Shown: piece after piece, positions 19,008-29,400 of the stretch
Numbering within the stretch: position 1 is the first letter of the stretch
Layout: every line of letters begins with the position of its first letter
Source of the DNA: Chitinophagales bacterium
Lineage (GTDB): Bacteria; Bacteroidota; Bacteroidia; Chitinophagales; LD1
Reading direction: 5' to 3'
Assembly: GCA_016787045.1 (NCBI GenBank)
Contig: JAEUVA010000008.1
Location: 113,743-177,742 of the forward strand
DNA length: 64,000 bases
Notes under the pieces: generated by a model
The model's input: only the letters and a program-made list of their open reading frames with translations
The model's database searches: none
What the model was told of the DNA's origin: nothing
Position numbers and translations under genes: made by a program

Positions 19008-19648
19008 ATAGCGGCAAACTTATACCCTTTATCTGAAAAATGACGCAGTAAAAGAGGCAATACATACTTTACTTTAGCTGCTGCTTTAATGCTATCGTGC
19101 ATCACAACCACCGAGCCACTACGGGTATTATTTAAAATATTTTCCAACACCTCTTCCTTATCTACATTTAAATCAAAATCAAAACTGAGCACATCCCACA
19201 TTACAACACTGTACTTTTCTTTAAGGTACCCATATTGTGTAGGATAAAGTTTGCCGTAGGGTGGCCGAAAAATTTTTTTCCCCTTATAGGTTGTGGCGTA
19301 AGCATCTAATTGCCGATTGCACAATTCTATGTTTTCATAATACTGCTTATTATCTGCTTTCCACCCGTTGAGATGATTAAATGTGTGGTTGCCTACAGCA
19401 TGTCCTTCGTCACTTAACCGCTGAAAAAGCGCCAAGTTGTTCTTTACATTTTCACCGATGCAAAAAAAAGTGGCCTTGGCATTGTGTTGCTTTAAAACAT
19501 CTAACACAAAATCGGTTACCCCCGGCTGCGGCCCATCATCAAAAGTGAGGAAAATAGTTTGTTCTTTAACGGGTATACTCCAAATGCAATCTGAATACAA
19601 CTTACGGAAAAGCATTGGTGTTTTAACTGTGGCTAACGCATCAAGCAT
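19001..19648 (-). CDS. polysaccharide deacetylase family protein (NodB homology domain)
   Basis: 215 aa. FLTFDDGP...TFFCIG...GNHTFNH motifs. 7-nt overlap with tatD. Confidence 0.85.
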   Translation of the reverse strand: MLDALATVKTPMLFRKLYSDCIWSIPVKEQTIFLTFDDGPQPGVTDFVLDVLKQHNAKATFFCIGENVKNNLALFQRLSDEGHAVGNHTFNHLNGWKADNKQYYENIELCNRQLDAYATTYKGKKIFRPPYGKLYPTQYGYLKEKYSVVMWDVLSFDFDLNVDKEEVLENILNNTRSGSVVVMHDSIKAAAKVKYVLPLLLRHFSDKGYKFAAIC

Positions 19649-19698
19649 GAATGATAATTTTGTGCATTTGTGTAATGTTGTGTATAATTTTTTGAATC

Positions 19699-20034
19699 AT
19701 GATGAAGAGCATTCGCGAATATGAAAATTTGCACATCGTATTTTGGTTAATAAAAGATACCTGCTGGGTCTCTGACTTTAAAACTGCCGGCATGATTATG
19801 GTCATCCCTACTGTGCTGATGGCATTTTACATCGCCTGGAAATCGAGGTTTGAGCAAGCAGATTTATTTCATAATCTGGCGGTGTGCTGCTGGATACTCG
19901 CCAACTGTGTATGGATGGTGGGCGAATTTTTTTATGATGACGGTACAAGATTGTATGCAAAAATATTTTTTATATCCGGCTTACTACTTATTGCCTTATA
20001 TTATTTAGTGGTTAAAAAGAAAAAGCTGACTTAA
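19699..20034 (+). CDS. hypothetical small membrane protein (about 3 TM helices)
   Basis: 111-aa ORF with hydrophobic segments and a lysine-rich tail. No family recognised. Confidence 0.5.
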   Translation: MMKSIREYENLHIVFWLIKDTCWVSDFKTAGMIMVIPTVLMAFYIAWKSRFEQADLFHNLAVCCWILANCVWMVGEFFYDDGTRLYAKIFFISGLLLIALYYLVVKKKKLT

Positions 20035-20041
20035 GTTAAGT

Positions 20042-20686
20042 TTAAAAACCCACCACTTCACGCCAACTCTTGCGTATTAGCTCAGTACTCCATTTCAAAA
20101 TAACCACTGCTGCCGCTAAGGCAAAAATCGGGTCCAGTACTTTTAGGTTAAAATATTGTGCCGCTACTAATGCGATTAAAGCTAAACTACTAATTAGCAT
20201 ATCGCTGACCACATGCAGATAAGCAGCATGCATATTCACATCGCGTTTCTCTTCCTCGCGGTGCAAAAAATAAGCACTCAGCGCATTTACAAACAATCCG
20301 AATACAGCCACTAACACGGCCTCTATGGTTACTTCAATTTCCGGTTCTCTAAAATGTTTAATGGCCTCGTAAACCATAAACACAGTGATAACCAACATAA
20401 TTACTGCACTGGCAAAGCCACTGAGTGCAATAATGCGCGATTGTTTTTCAGGAGTAACCAACTCCCGCTTTTTAGCAATGTAAACATATGCTACCCACGC
20501 CAAAGCCAATACCAATACATGCGACAGCATGTGCCATCCATCCATCATCAATGATCGGGAATTGATAAGGTAGCCGAAATACAACTCCAAGACCATAGCC
20601 ACCAACGAAATGATGACTACAATTCGTGTGCTGCGTTCGTTGGCGTGTAAGTGATAATGGGAGTGATCGTGTGAGTGAACGTGCAT
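20042..20686 (-). CDS. cation diffusion facilitator family transporter (membrane domain only, His-rich N-terminus)
   Basis: 214 aa. MHVHSHDHSHYHLH, then six TM segments. TM2 DGWHMLSH and TM5 HVVSD metal-site motifs. Ends right after TM6. Confidence 0.85.
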   Translation of the reverse strand: MHVHSHDHSHYHLHANERSTRIVVIISLVAMVLELYFGYLINSRSLMMDGWHMLSHVLVLALAWVAYVYIAKKRELVTPEKQSRIIALSGFASAVIMLVITVFMVYEAIKHFREPEIEVTIEAVLVAVFGLFVNALSAYFLHREEEKRDVNMHAAYLHVVSDMLISSLALIALVAAQYFNLKVLDPIFALAAAVVILKWSTELIRKSWREVVGF

Positions 20687-21084
20687 TATTGATATACCTT
20701 CACAAAACTAACCTGCTCGCTGGGAGTACCGTCAAAATCTTTTGCTTGAAAATGCAAGGTTATAGCACCAAATGCCTGAGCAAAAGTGAGTGAGGTATCT
20801 AATTTAAAAGTTTCTACACCTTGTGTTGTAAAGAGTGATGTAAACAACAGCGTATCAATATTTCCTTTCAGTTTGGCGTGTACATTAAGCGATACTGTCT
20901 GCAAGCCATCTATATCATAAAACTCTGTTTTAACTGCTAATTTCTTGTTCACTTTTACAGAGTCGTTGAATATGGGCTTCACTACAGTAATCTTGGGGCC
21001 GTAGCTATATTCCTTCTCGCACGAATAAATCGCAAATAGTGTTGAAATTGCTAAAAATGCAATCAAAAATTTCATCAATTTCAT
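20686..21084 (-). CDS. hypothetical lipoprotein (possibly DUF4625-like, Ig-like fold), translationally coupled to the CDF transporter
   Basis: Lipobox LFAIYSC. Start chosen at ATG 21084 (MKLMKF...). Its TAA stop shares one nt with the CDF ATG (TAATG). Confidence 0.6.
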   Translation of the reverse strand: MKLMKFLIAFLAISTLFAIYSCEKEYSYGPKITVVKPIFNDSVKVNKKLAVKTEFYDIDGLQTVSLNVHAKLKGNIDTLLFTSLFTTQGVETFKLDTSLTFAQAFGAITLHFQAKDFDGTPSEQVSFVKVYQ

Positions 21085-21141
21085 GTTCTGAATTTTTGCG
21101 CAATATAGCAACTGTAACGATACTTAAAAACAATCCATTTC

Positions 21142-21552
21142 ATGGCTACACACCAAATTTCACTTCACTGGCAAAACAACGAACTATTTCACATCAATCA
21201 AAACGGAAGAACTTTACCTATTGATGGTGCGGAGGAAAGCATTTCGCAAGGGTTTCGCCCTAAAGCGCTTATCCTATCTGCATTAGCGGGCTGCACAGCC
21301 ATAGATGTAGTAGAAATATTAAACAAAATGAGGGTAACCTTTTCGAAATTCAGCATACAAGTAGAGGCCGATATTACAGATGAGCACCCAAAAGTATATC
21401 ACACAGTCCGCTTGATTTACAAGATTGAACTACCTGAAATTGACCGCTCTAAAATGGAGAAGGCAGTTAGTTTATCGCAAGAAAAATACTGTGGTGTAAG
21501 TGCCATGGTGCGCAAGTTTGCAGCACTGGAAGTTAAAATTGATTATCTATAG
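21142..21552 (+). CDS. OsmC family protein
   Basis: 136 aa. Two conserved Cys contexts (LAGCTAIDV, EKYCGVS) typical of OsmC/Ohr-like proteins. Confidence 0.85.
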   Translation: MATHQISLHWQNNELFHINQNGRTLPIDGAEESISQGFRPKALILSALAGCTAIDVVEILNKMRVTFSKFSIQVEADITDEHPKVYHTVRLIYKIELPEIDRSKMEKAVSLSQEKYCGVSAMVRKFAALEVKIDYL

Positions 21553-21558
21553 TTTTGA

Positions 21559-22293
21559 TTAAGCTCTGTTGCTTTGCCTTAAAGCACCTTTAGCTATCAG
21601 GTACTGAGCTGTAATGTACAGCACCATAATAAATACCCCAGCTGTTGGAAACGGGTATAGAAATTTATTGATGGCAATGATGGAGTCGGAAAACATAAAC
21701 AACAATGCCCCTGCAAAAACTAATGCAAAACTGCTCTCGTTAACTCGGCCATACCTATTGATGGCAAAAACTACCATTACAGCTATGGCAGTAGAATACA
21801 CCAACACCGGAATCAAAAAATCTTTGGTCAGCGGATTGCTTGTAATGCTTGGAACTAACAATATAAGAAGCACTATCATATAGATTACTAACGGTATAGT
21901 GACCCAAAATTTTTGTGGCAAAAGAGCAGGTTTGCTTTCAGAGATTTTGGAGAAAGCTATAGTGTACAAAACATGCGTAACCAAAAAGCCAACCAAGCCC
22001 ACTAAAAAGTAGTTAGGGTTCTTGGTTATTCCCATCAGCAAGGTATCTGTTTCAGAGGCCGGTACAAACATCAACGCCACATCGCCCACCCAACTAAACG
22101 CAAAAGCGGCTACCATCAACTTATGAAAGGCATTCAAAGCGCCCGCGCCTTTTAGATAGTAGGCAATCAGTACTATCATTAGCAATGGCTTAGTAAAAAA
22201 ACGTAGCGTTGAGTTTTGAGTAATCTCTGCATAAACTTCCGCTACACCAATTACAGCGTATAGCACTGTTAATAGATTCATCATACTAAGCAA
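21559..22293 (-). CDS. YhhN family lysoplasmalogenase-like membrane protein
   Basis: 244 aa, about 8 TM. FSWVGDVALMF and FMFSDSIIAINKF motifs of the YhhN family. Start among M1/M4/M5 is uncertain. Confidence 0.8.
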   Translation of the reverse strand: MLSMMNLLTVLYAVIGVAEVYAEITQNSTLRFFTKPLLMIVLIAYYLKGAGALNAFHKLMVAAFAFSWVGDVALMFVPASETDTLLMGITKNPNYFLVGLVGFLVTHVLYTIAFSKISESKPALLPQKFWVTIPLVIYMIVLLILLVPSITSNPLTKDFLIPVLVYSTAIAVMVVFAINRYGRVNESSFALVFAGALLFMFSDSIIAINKFLYPFPTAGVFIMVLYITAQYLIAKGALRQSNRA

Positions 22294-22601
22294 TTTATTG
22301 TTTTATGCTTTTTGAAAGCGCGATGAAAAATAGAAACTCTGCGTGAATAACTGACAAAATATGCGCAAACTGACAAAACGTTATGACAGAAATACTTGTA
22401 ACACTTTCTGCTTTAATTTGCTAAAAAATAACAGGATACATTCACAAAAAACGCTAAAACCCTCTACCATCAAGGGTTTTAGCCACAATCACATGACAAT
22501 AAAGAGATGATAACTTCATATTGGCAAAGCATACTTGCAAAAAATTGGCATTGTATATGACAAAGCCGAACCATTATTAACCAAACCAAATTTTTTCAAA
22601 C

Positions 22602-23024
22602 ATGGCAACAAACAACTTTCAAGACAACCTGAAAAAGTATTTCTACTCAGGCGTTGGACTAGCTGCAACCACTGCAGAGGTAGTTCAAAAATCAGTAAAC
22701 GAATTGGTACGCAAAGGTAAAGTAAGCGAAACCGATGGTAAAAAAATTATTAGCGAAGCAGTTAAAAAAGTAGAGTCACAGCGCCCTGCTTTAGAAGCCA
22801 AGTACAACGAAGCAGTACACAAGTTTGTGAAACTAAGCAGCTCAGAAGTAGGCAAACTGCAAAAGCGTATTGAGCAGTTAGAAAAACAACTGACTATTAA
22901 AAAGCAAGGTACTGCCGCCCCTAAAGCTGCAGCAAAACCAGTTGCTAAAAAAAAAGCTAAGAAAAAAGTAGTAGCTAAGAAAGCTGCTCCGGCTGTAAAT
23001 GCTGAGCAAGCTCCTTCGGTCTAA
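22602..23024 (+). CDS. phasin-like protein with a lysine/alanine-rich (histone H1-like) C-terminal tail
   Basis: 140 aa. N-terminal YFYSGVGLAATTAEVVQKSVNELVRKGK resembles PHA granule-associated (PhaF/phasin) proteins. Tail is AAPKAAAKPVAKKKAKKKVVAKKAAP. Confidence 0.6.
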   Translation: MATNNFQDNLKKYFYSGVGLAATTAEVVQKSVNELVRKGKVSETDGKKIISEAVKKVESQRPALEAKYNEAVHKFVKLSSSEVGKLQKRIEQLEKQLTIKKQGTAAPKAAAKPVAKKKAKKKVVAKKAAPAVNAEQAPSV

Positions 23025-23043
23025 CATTTTTAGTTCCTGTTTG

Positions 23044-23085
23044 AAAAACCCTGTTCCGGCTTTAGTCGGAATGGGGTTTTTCAGT
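23044..23085 (+). terminator. Rho-independent terminator after the phasin-like gene
   Basis: aaaaaccc...ttccg(gctttagt)cggaa...ggggttttt compound hairpin followed by a T-run. Confidence 0.55.
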
Positions 23086-23193
23086 TTTGGAGTGCGTGAG
23101 ATGGCAAACTGACAGGTGCAAATTTTGGCTTTTTACAAAATTTCTATATTGCCGTTGGCATTTTAACCAAACCCTTAAAAATAACCCCTGCGT

Positions 23194-26100
23194 ATGCAAT
23201 TGAAACATCTACTCGCCACCACTTTGCTACTTCTTTGCGCTACAGTTTTTGCACAAGACAAAATTCGTATCAGCGGAAACGTGCAAGATGAAAACAAACA
23301 GCCCTTTGCCGGTGTAACGGTGCTAGTGAAAGGCACAAACTTAGGTACAACTACCGATGCTTCGGGCAATTATACTTTAGAGGTGCCCAAAGATGCAAAG
23401 ACCTTAGTTTTTAGTATTACCGGCTATGATAGCAAGGAGTTTAGCATAAACTCAAATCAGGGCAATTATGTACAGAATGTTGACTTTGCAGAGTCGGGAG
23501 TTGGGTTAAACCAGGTAGTTATTTCTGCCTCCAAGAAAAAAGAAAAGATTTTAGATGCTCCTGCATCTGTATCAGTAATTGGTGCCGAAAAACTAGAGCG
23601 AAATGTAGTTACAACACCGGTAGAGCAGCTTAAAACCACACCGGGCGTAGATGTAATGCGTACCGGTTTAGTGAGTAGCAACGTAGTGGTGCGCGGGTTC
23701 AACAATATTTTTTCGGGCTCTGTGCTCAATGTGGTAGATAACCGTATTGGGTCTGTGCCATCGTTGCGTGTAAATGCTTACCAACTAGTGCCTACCAGCA
23801 ATTTAGATTATGATAAAATAGAGGTAGTACGTGGCCCGGCCTCTGCATTATATGGCCCCAACGCATCAAGCGGTGTAATTCATATCATGACCAAATCTCC
23901 ATTAGACCAAAAGAAAAAGTTTGAAACCACCGTAGCCATGACCAGCGGCTTTACTGTACTGGACAAATCTGCACAGCAAGCAAAAATTGGGCGCTATGGA
24001 AATGAATTTTTCACCGGCAACCCTAACCCTGACTCCGTGGTGGGGTTAGCTAAACGCAAATTAGTATCAGGCAATATTATCAATCCGGAAATACGCCACA
24101 GCGGTAAACTGTTTGATGGTAAGTTTGGCTACAAAATATCGGGCAGTTATTTTCAGGGAGTAGATTACCCCAACTACGATAGCCGCGAACCGTACGATGG
24201 AGATAGCTTGCTGTTTGGCTCTGCTTTAGATGGCAAAGTTTTTATACCCGATACCCTTGGCTACCAAACAGATGCTAACGGAAAAATTATTGACTCTACT
24301 TTACAGTTAGACATCAAGCGATTTCAAAAAGACTTTCGCATACGCAAGTTTACAGCCGATGCTCGCTTTGACATTAAACCCATTAATGATATTACCATCA
24401 CCATTAATGGTGGTTTGGCCGGTGCTAGAAACATAGAGTTAACAGGGCTTGGTGCTGCTGCAGCAGGCGGCCCCAGCGGTGCTTGGATATACTGGTATTT
24501 ACAAACCCGCTTTACTTGGAAAAACCTGTATGTTCAGTATTTTATCAATAGTAGTAATGCCGGAAATACATTTCTTATTCCGCAACTCAGCCAGTCATCT
24601 CGCAATGATTACAACTCCTCAATGCCACCTTCTGCTTACAAAGTGCAGCGGCTCATAGACCGTTCAAAATTACACGTGTTGCAAGCACAACACTCTATCA
24701 ATCCGATTGAAAAATTAGGATTAATTTATGGAATTGATCTTTTAATGACACGCCCCGATACCAAGGGAACAATTAACGGCCGTTTTGAAGAAAGAGATAA
24801 TGTAACTCAGGCAGGTGGCTATTTGCAAGCCGACTACGAGCCACTCAAATGGTTGAAAGTAGTGGGTGCATTCCGTGTTGATTACAACAGCATTATAGGA
24901 CCAAAAGGTACTTCGTTTAGCCCCAGAGCAGCTTTGGTATTTAAACCGGCAATTGGCCACAATTTGCGCATTACCTACAACCGAGCATTTGATGCTCCAA
25001 ACACACTTAATCAGTTTCTAGATTTATCAAACGGACTAATACCAAACGGCATAAACGTACGCGGCATTGGCAACCCTTACGGCTGGACCTACAATTTTGG
25101 CACACAAGGCGGAGAACAGGTAGTACAGTTTAAAACCGCACCTTGGAACTCTCAACAAGGGCAATGGAAAAACTTTGGCGATAAAACCATTAACGCCCCT
25201 ATGTTTGATTCTCTTATGCAATACGTAACCAATACGTTCAGCAATGCATTAGGAGGCAACATTGTATTGGCAAACAGTTTGGTCAATCTGATTTTTGATG
25301 GGATAAAGGGGGCTGGCGGCACGGTGAACAACGCAGAGCAAATTTCTATTGACTATGCCAACTTTGCACAAACTAAAGATCTGGCAAGCAGCATACAAAA
25401 CGTCAAAAATTTTGAAAACTTAAAGAAAATAAACAACAGTACCACACAAACCTTAGAGTTAGGATATAAGGGGTTACTGTTCAATAAACTCTCACTACAA
25501 GCTGATTTATTTTGGACCCGTACCAGCAATTACGTAAGTGCACTCCGCTCTGCATCTGGCGCAGTAGTTTTAGACAACAAAAGCTACTTAGGCGCCTTTG
25601 ATACCACCGGTATTTTGTATCAAAATCTTTATGAAAAAAATGGCGATTTGAATAGTTTATTGGTTAGTGTTTTAGATGGAAATCCTTCCTTACAAAACCC
25701 AAGCATTGTGCCATCGGTACAGGGAAGTGTTTGGGATGAACTAAACGTACTTACCTACCAGTTTCCAATGGGTACCATTACCCCCAATGATTCGTCTTTA
25801 GTAAATTCCGACTACATCCTCACGTACAAAAATCTTGGTCGCTTAGATGTTTTTGGTATTGACTTTGGCTTTCAGTACAACGCAGTAGAGGACGATGAAC
25901 ACCTCCTTCAGGCGGGCGGCTCTTTATCATGGGTTAACAAAGACCAGTTGAAATTATCTTCAGGCGAAAACGTACCGCTAAATGCACCCAAACTAAAAAC
26001 CTCAGTAATGCTAGATTACACGCATAAAAAAGTGGGTATCAGCGCGGGCACTACTTTCCGGTACCAGATGGGTTATGAAGCCAATTCATCGGTGTATTTT

Positions 26101-26277
26101 GGATATGTAAAACCCGCTTATTTGTTAGATGCACGAATCAGCTATCGCCCCAAGTTTTATGAGGGTTTGCTACTCTCCATTAACGTTAATAACGTGGCAA
26201 ACTACCAGTGGCAAAGTTTCCCGGGAACTCCCAAAATGGGCACCCAATTTTTTGCCAGAGCACAGGTTACATTTTAG
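23194..26277 (+). CDS. TonB-dependent receptor with N-terminal carboxypeptidase-regulatory-like domain
   Basis: 1027 aa with signal peptide. ISGNVQDENKQPFAGVTVLVKGT (CarboxypepD_reg), plug region (IEVVRGPASALYGPNASSGVIHI), and C-terminal barrel ending ...FFARAQVTF. Confidence 0.9.
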   Translation: MQLKHLLATTLLLLCATVFAQDKIRISGNVQDENKQPFAGVTVLVKGTNLGTTTDASGNYTLEVPKDAKTLVFSITGYDSKEFSINSNQGNYVQNVDFAESGVGLNQVVISASKKKEKILDAPASVSVIGAEKLERNVVTTPVEQLKTTPGVDVMRTGLVSSNVVVRGFNNIFSGSVLNVVDNRIGSVPSLRVNAYQLVPTSNLDYDKIEVVRGPASALYGPNASSGVIHIMTKSPLDQKKKFETTVAMTSGFTVLDKSAQQAKIGRYGNEFFTGNPNPDSVVGLAKRKLVSGNIINPEIRHSGKLFDGKFGYKISGSYFQGVDYPNYDSREPYDGDSLLFGSALDGKVFIPDTLGYQTDANGKIIDSTLQLDIKRFQKDFRIRKFTADARFDIKPINDITITINGGLAGARNIELTGLGAAAAGGPSGAWIYWYLQTRFTWKNLYVQYFINSSNAGNTFLIPQLSQSSRNDYNSSMPPSAYKVQRLIDRSKLHVLQAQHSINPIEKLGLIYGIDLLMTRPDTKGTINGRFEERDNVTQAGGYLQADYEPLKWLKVVGAFRVDYNSIIGPKGTSFSPRAALVFKPAIGHNLRITYNRAFDAPNTLNQFLDLSNGLIPNGINVRGIGNPYGWTYNFGTQGGEQVVQFKTAPWNSQQGQWKNFGDKTINAPMFDSLMQYVTNTFSNALGGNIVLANSLVNLIFDGIKGAGGTVNNAEQISIDYANFAQTKDLASSIQNVKNFENLKKINNSTTQTLELGYKGLLFNKLSLQADLFWTRTSNYVSALRSASGAVVLDNKSYLGAFDTTGILYQNLYEKNGDLNSLLVSVLDGNPSLQNPSIVPSVQGSVWDELNVLTYQFPMGTITPNDSSLVNSDYILTYKNLGRLDVFGIDFGFQYNAVEDDEHLLQAGGSLSWVNKDQLKLSSGENVPLNAPKLKTSVMLDYTHKKVGISAGTTFRYQMGYEANSSVYFGYVKPAYLLDARISYRPKFYEGLLLSINVNNVANYQWQSFPGTPKMGTQFFARAQVTF

Positions 26278-26430
26278 AATTTAGTTAGAGACAGGACAAT
26301 TCGTTTTACTCCGCAACTCGCAAATGTTGGCATTTGACTTTGGTTATGCGCAACCAAAATTGCCATTTACTTGTCTGCAATACATTGTTTGCTATTTTAG
26401 AGCATAATACCATAGTTAACCCCTATTTGG

Positions 26431-29400
26431 ATGAAAAAAATTTTACTCGCTGCTTGTATTTTGATAGTAGCAATTGTTGCAAAATCGCAATGCGTTACCA
26501 ACGTAAATTTTAACCCGTGGATTAAAGTGGGGAACCCCGGAAATGGGAATTGGGTTGTACAAGGGGGGGGGACAAGTGTTCACCAAACTGTTAATGGCGA
26601 CCCTACATTTTTTGTCACTCCATTTGATATGATGAATGTACACATCAGCGGTACATTTCGCAGCACTGATACAGATGATGATTTTATGGGCTTTGTATTT
26701 AGCTTTTTGAACCCAATGGGAGCTACAGATACTTTTGATTGTTGGCTGTACGATTGGAAGCAAGATAATCAAGGTGGTGCGTCTAAAGGAATGTCGCTGA
26801 ACAGATGCTTAGGAGTATTGCCACCATCAACCTACACACCACAGTTTTGGAACCATCAGAATAACGCTGCCTTTACCTGCGTACAAAACAACTTTGGCTC
26901 AGCCGGATGGGGGTGGATGACCAATCATGACTTTGACCTCTACCTGAGTTACAGCAATGCCACTATTTATATTGACGGCAATTTAATTTTTGACCAAAAT
27001 GATTGTTTCAAACCCGGGCGTTTTGGCTTCTATAACCTTTCACAAAGAGATTGTTATTACAGCAATTTCCAATACGAACTTTTTATTGATTTTGAATATA
27101 GCCCAAGGGCGTGTTTGGGTCAATCTAGCCCGTTTAACTTTGTACCCGCGTGCGTTACAAATTTTTTGCCGCAGTATCAATCCATGACCTGGAATTTTGG
27201 TGATGGATCGCCTCCGGTTACTGTAAATAACCCCACACTTGCCACTGTAAACACACAACACACCTATACTACCCCGGGTAATTACACAGTTACGTTAAGC
27301 GTAGTTGACTATAATGGATGTACAGCCACGGCATCTCACGCGGTGCAAGTAGCTGCGCCTATTACACTTGCCCCTACATACAATCAACCGCCATGCAATG
27401 GTGGCACTAACGGCAGCATAACCGTAGCCCCATCTGGTGGCTTTGGCAATTATTCTTATCTATGGAATGGCGGCCCCCTAATTGGCCCTACTTTGGTGGG
27501 TGTTGGCGCTGGTACTTATGTGGTTTCTGTTACAGACGGTACTTGCAATACTACCGCACAATACACACTCAATCAGCCACCACCACTAACAGCAACCACT
27601 TCACACATTGACGCGCCATGTGCCGGTAATGGGTCAGCTACAATAGCCATTACCGGAGGAACACCGCCTTACAACAACGTAACTTGGGCAGGTTTTCCGG
27701 GCTATACTGTTTCGCTTCCTGCGGGTACTTGGATAGCTAATTTCAATGATGCTAACGGATGCTCAGCACTGCTTCAATACACCGAAACAATTACTCAACT
27801 TCCTTGCGGAATTACATCTAGTGTTACCAAAACAAATGTTACCTGTTTTGGGGTCAACAATGGAACAGCCACGCTTACCGTTACCGGTGTAACCGGTACG
27901 GCAAACATCACATGGAGCAATGGGCAAACCGGTGCTACCGCTACCAACCTTGCACCGGGTACATACACGTATAACTTTTCGGATGCTAACCCCGGTCACG
28001 CATTTTCGGGAACAGTTACTATTACCGGGCCAACAGCAGGTATGGTGGTAACATTAAGCACCATCGGTATAACATGTGCGGGAGCAAATAATGGACAAGC
28101 CATTGCCTCAGTCAGTTCCGGAGGTACACCACCATATACGTATGCGTGGAGCGGAGGAGGACCTAACAACCCTGTCAAAACTGGTCTGGCACCTGGCCCC
28201 GTTACAGTTACCGTTACTGACAATAACGGCTGTATAGGCACCGCCACAGGTACAGTATCGGCTATACCATCTTTAACGGCCACACTTACGGCAGTAATGG
28301 ACAGCTGCTATCACAGCGGTAAAGGGAGTGTAACTGCAACTGTTACCGGTGGAAGTCAACCTTATACTTATGCTTGGAATAACTTCACTACTCAAGCCAT
28401 CAACGCTAATGTAATAGGAGGTACTTATACAGTAACCGTAACAGATAACAACGGTTGCTCAACTACTGGCACAGCAACGGTGAACACCCCTACAGTTTTG
28501 GGTTACACATACACCCGTCAAGATGTTTTGTGCCATGGTCAAAGTACCGGGTCGCTTAATTTTAATGTAACGGGTGGTACCGCACCCTACAATTTTGTTT
28601 GGACACCTGCAACTGTATCTGGTAGTAATCCCACGGGACTTGACACAGGTATTTACAATGCCACAATTACAGATGCATATGGGTGTGTCCGCTTTTTTGA
28701 AGATACTATTTACCAGCCCGCTGCGCCACTTAATGCTACTACTTCTCACACTGATGTTACATGCCCCGGAGCAAGCAATGGAACTATAACCATTACTGTG
28801 AGTGGTGGTACTGACCCTTACACAATTTTGGGCAATAATATTCCCACTGCGGGCACTATTGTTATTCCTAACCTTCCGGCAAATACATATGCGGGTAACC
28901 TGGTTGACTCTAACGGATGTACCGTGGCTTTGAGCGAAACTATTACTGAACCTGCAGCACAAAGTTTATCGCTCACTTCAACAAATGTTACTTGCAATGG
29001 CTACAATGATGGTACTGCAACTGCCAATTTTGTAAATGCAACTGGCACTGTACAATACAACTGGGCCCCCGGAGGTATCCTACCGGCTAATCGCACGGGT
29101 TTATCTGCAGCTACTTATTCAGTAACCGGAACTGATGCAAATGGTTGTACTGTAACCGGCAGTACTACTATTACAGAACCCACAGCCATTTCAGTGCAAC
29201 AGGCAATTGTTCCGGTAAGTTGTTTTGGAGGAAATGATGGTAGCATTACCCTTACTTCATCGGGTGGTGCTGGTACTCCTTTTGGATATACATGGAATCC
29301 AAATGTGAGCAGTAGTAACTCTGCCACTTCATTAACAGCAAACACGTACAGCATTACTGTAACCGATGCCGCTAACTGTTCTGTTCTTTCTACCGCTACA

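Noticed and set aside
23086-23193. Riboswitch (for example cobalamin or TPP) upstream of the TonB-dependent receptors at 23194 and 38329
   Set aside because: The intergenic regions (about 110 and about 80 nt) are too short for those aptamers, and no conserved core motifs were seen.
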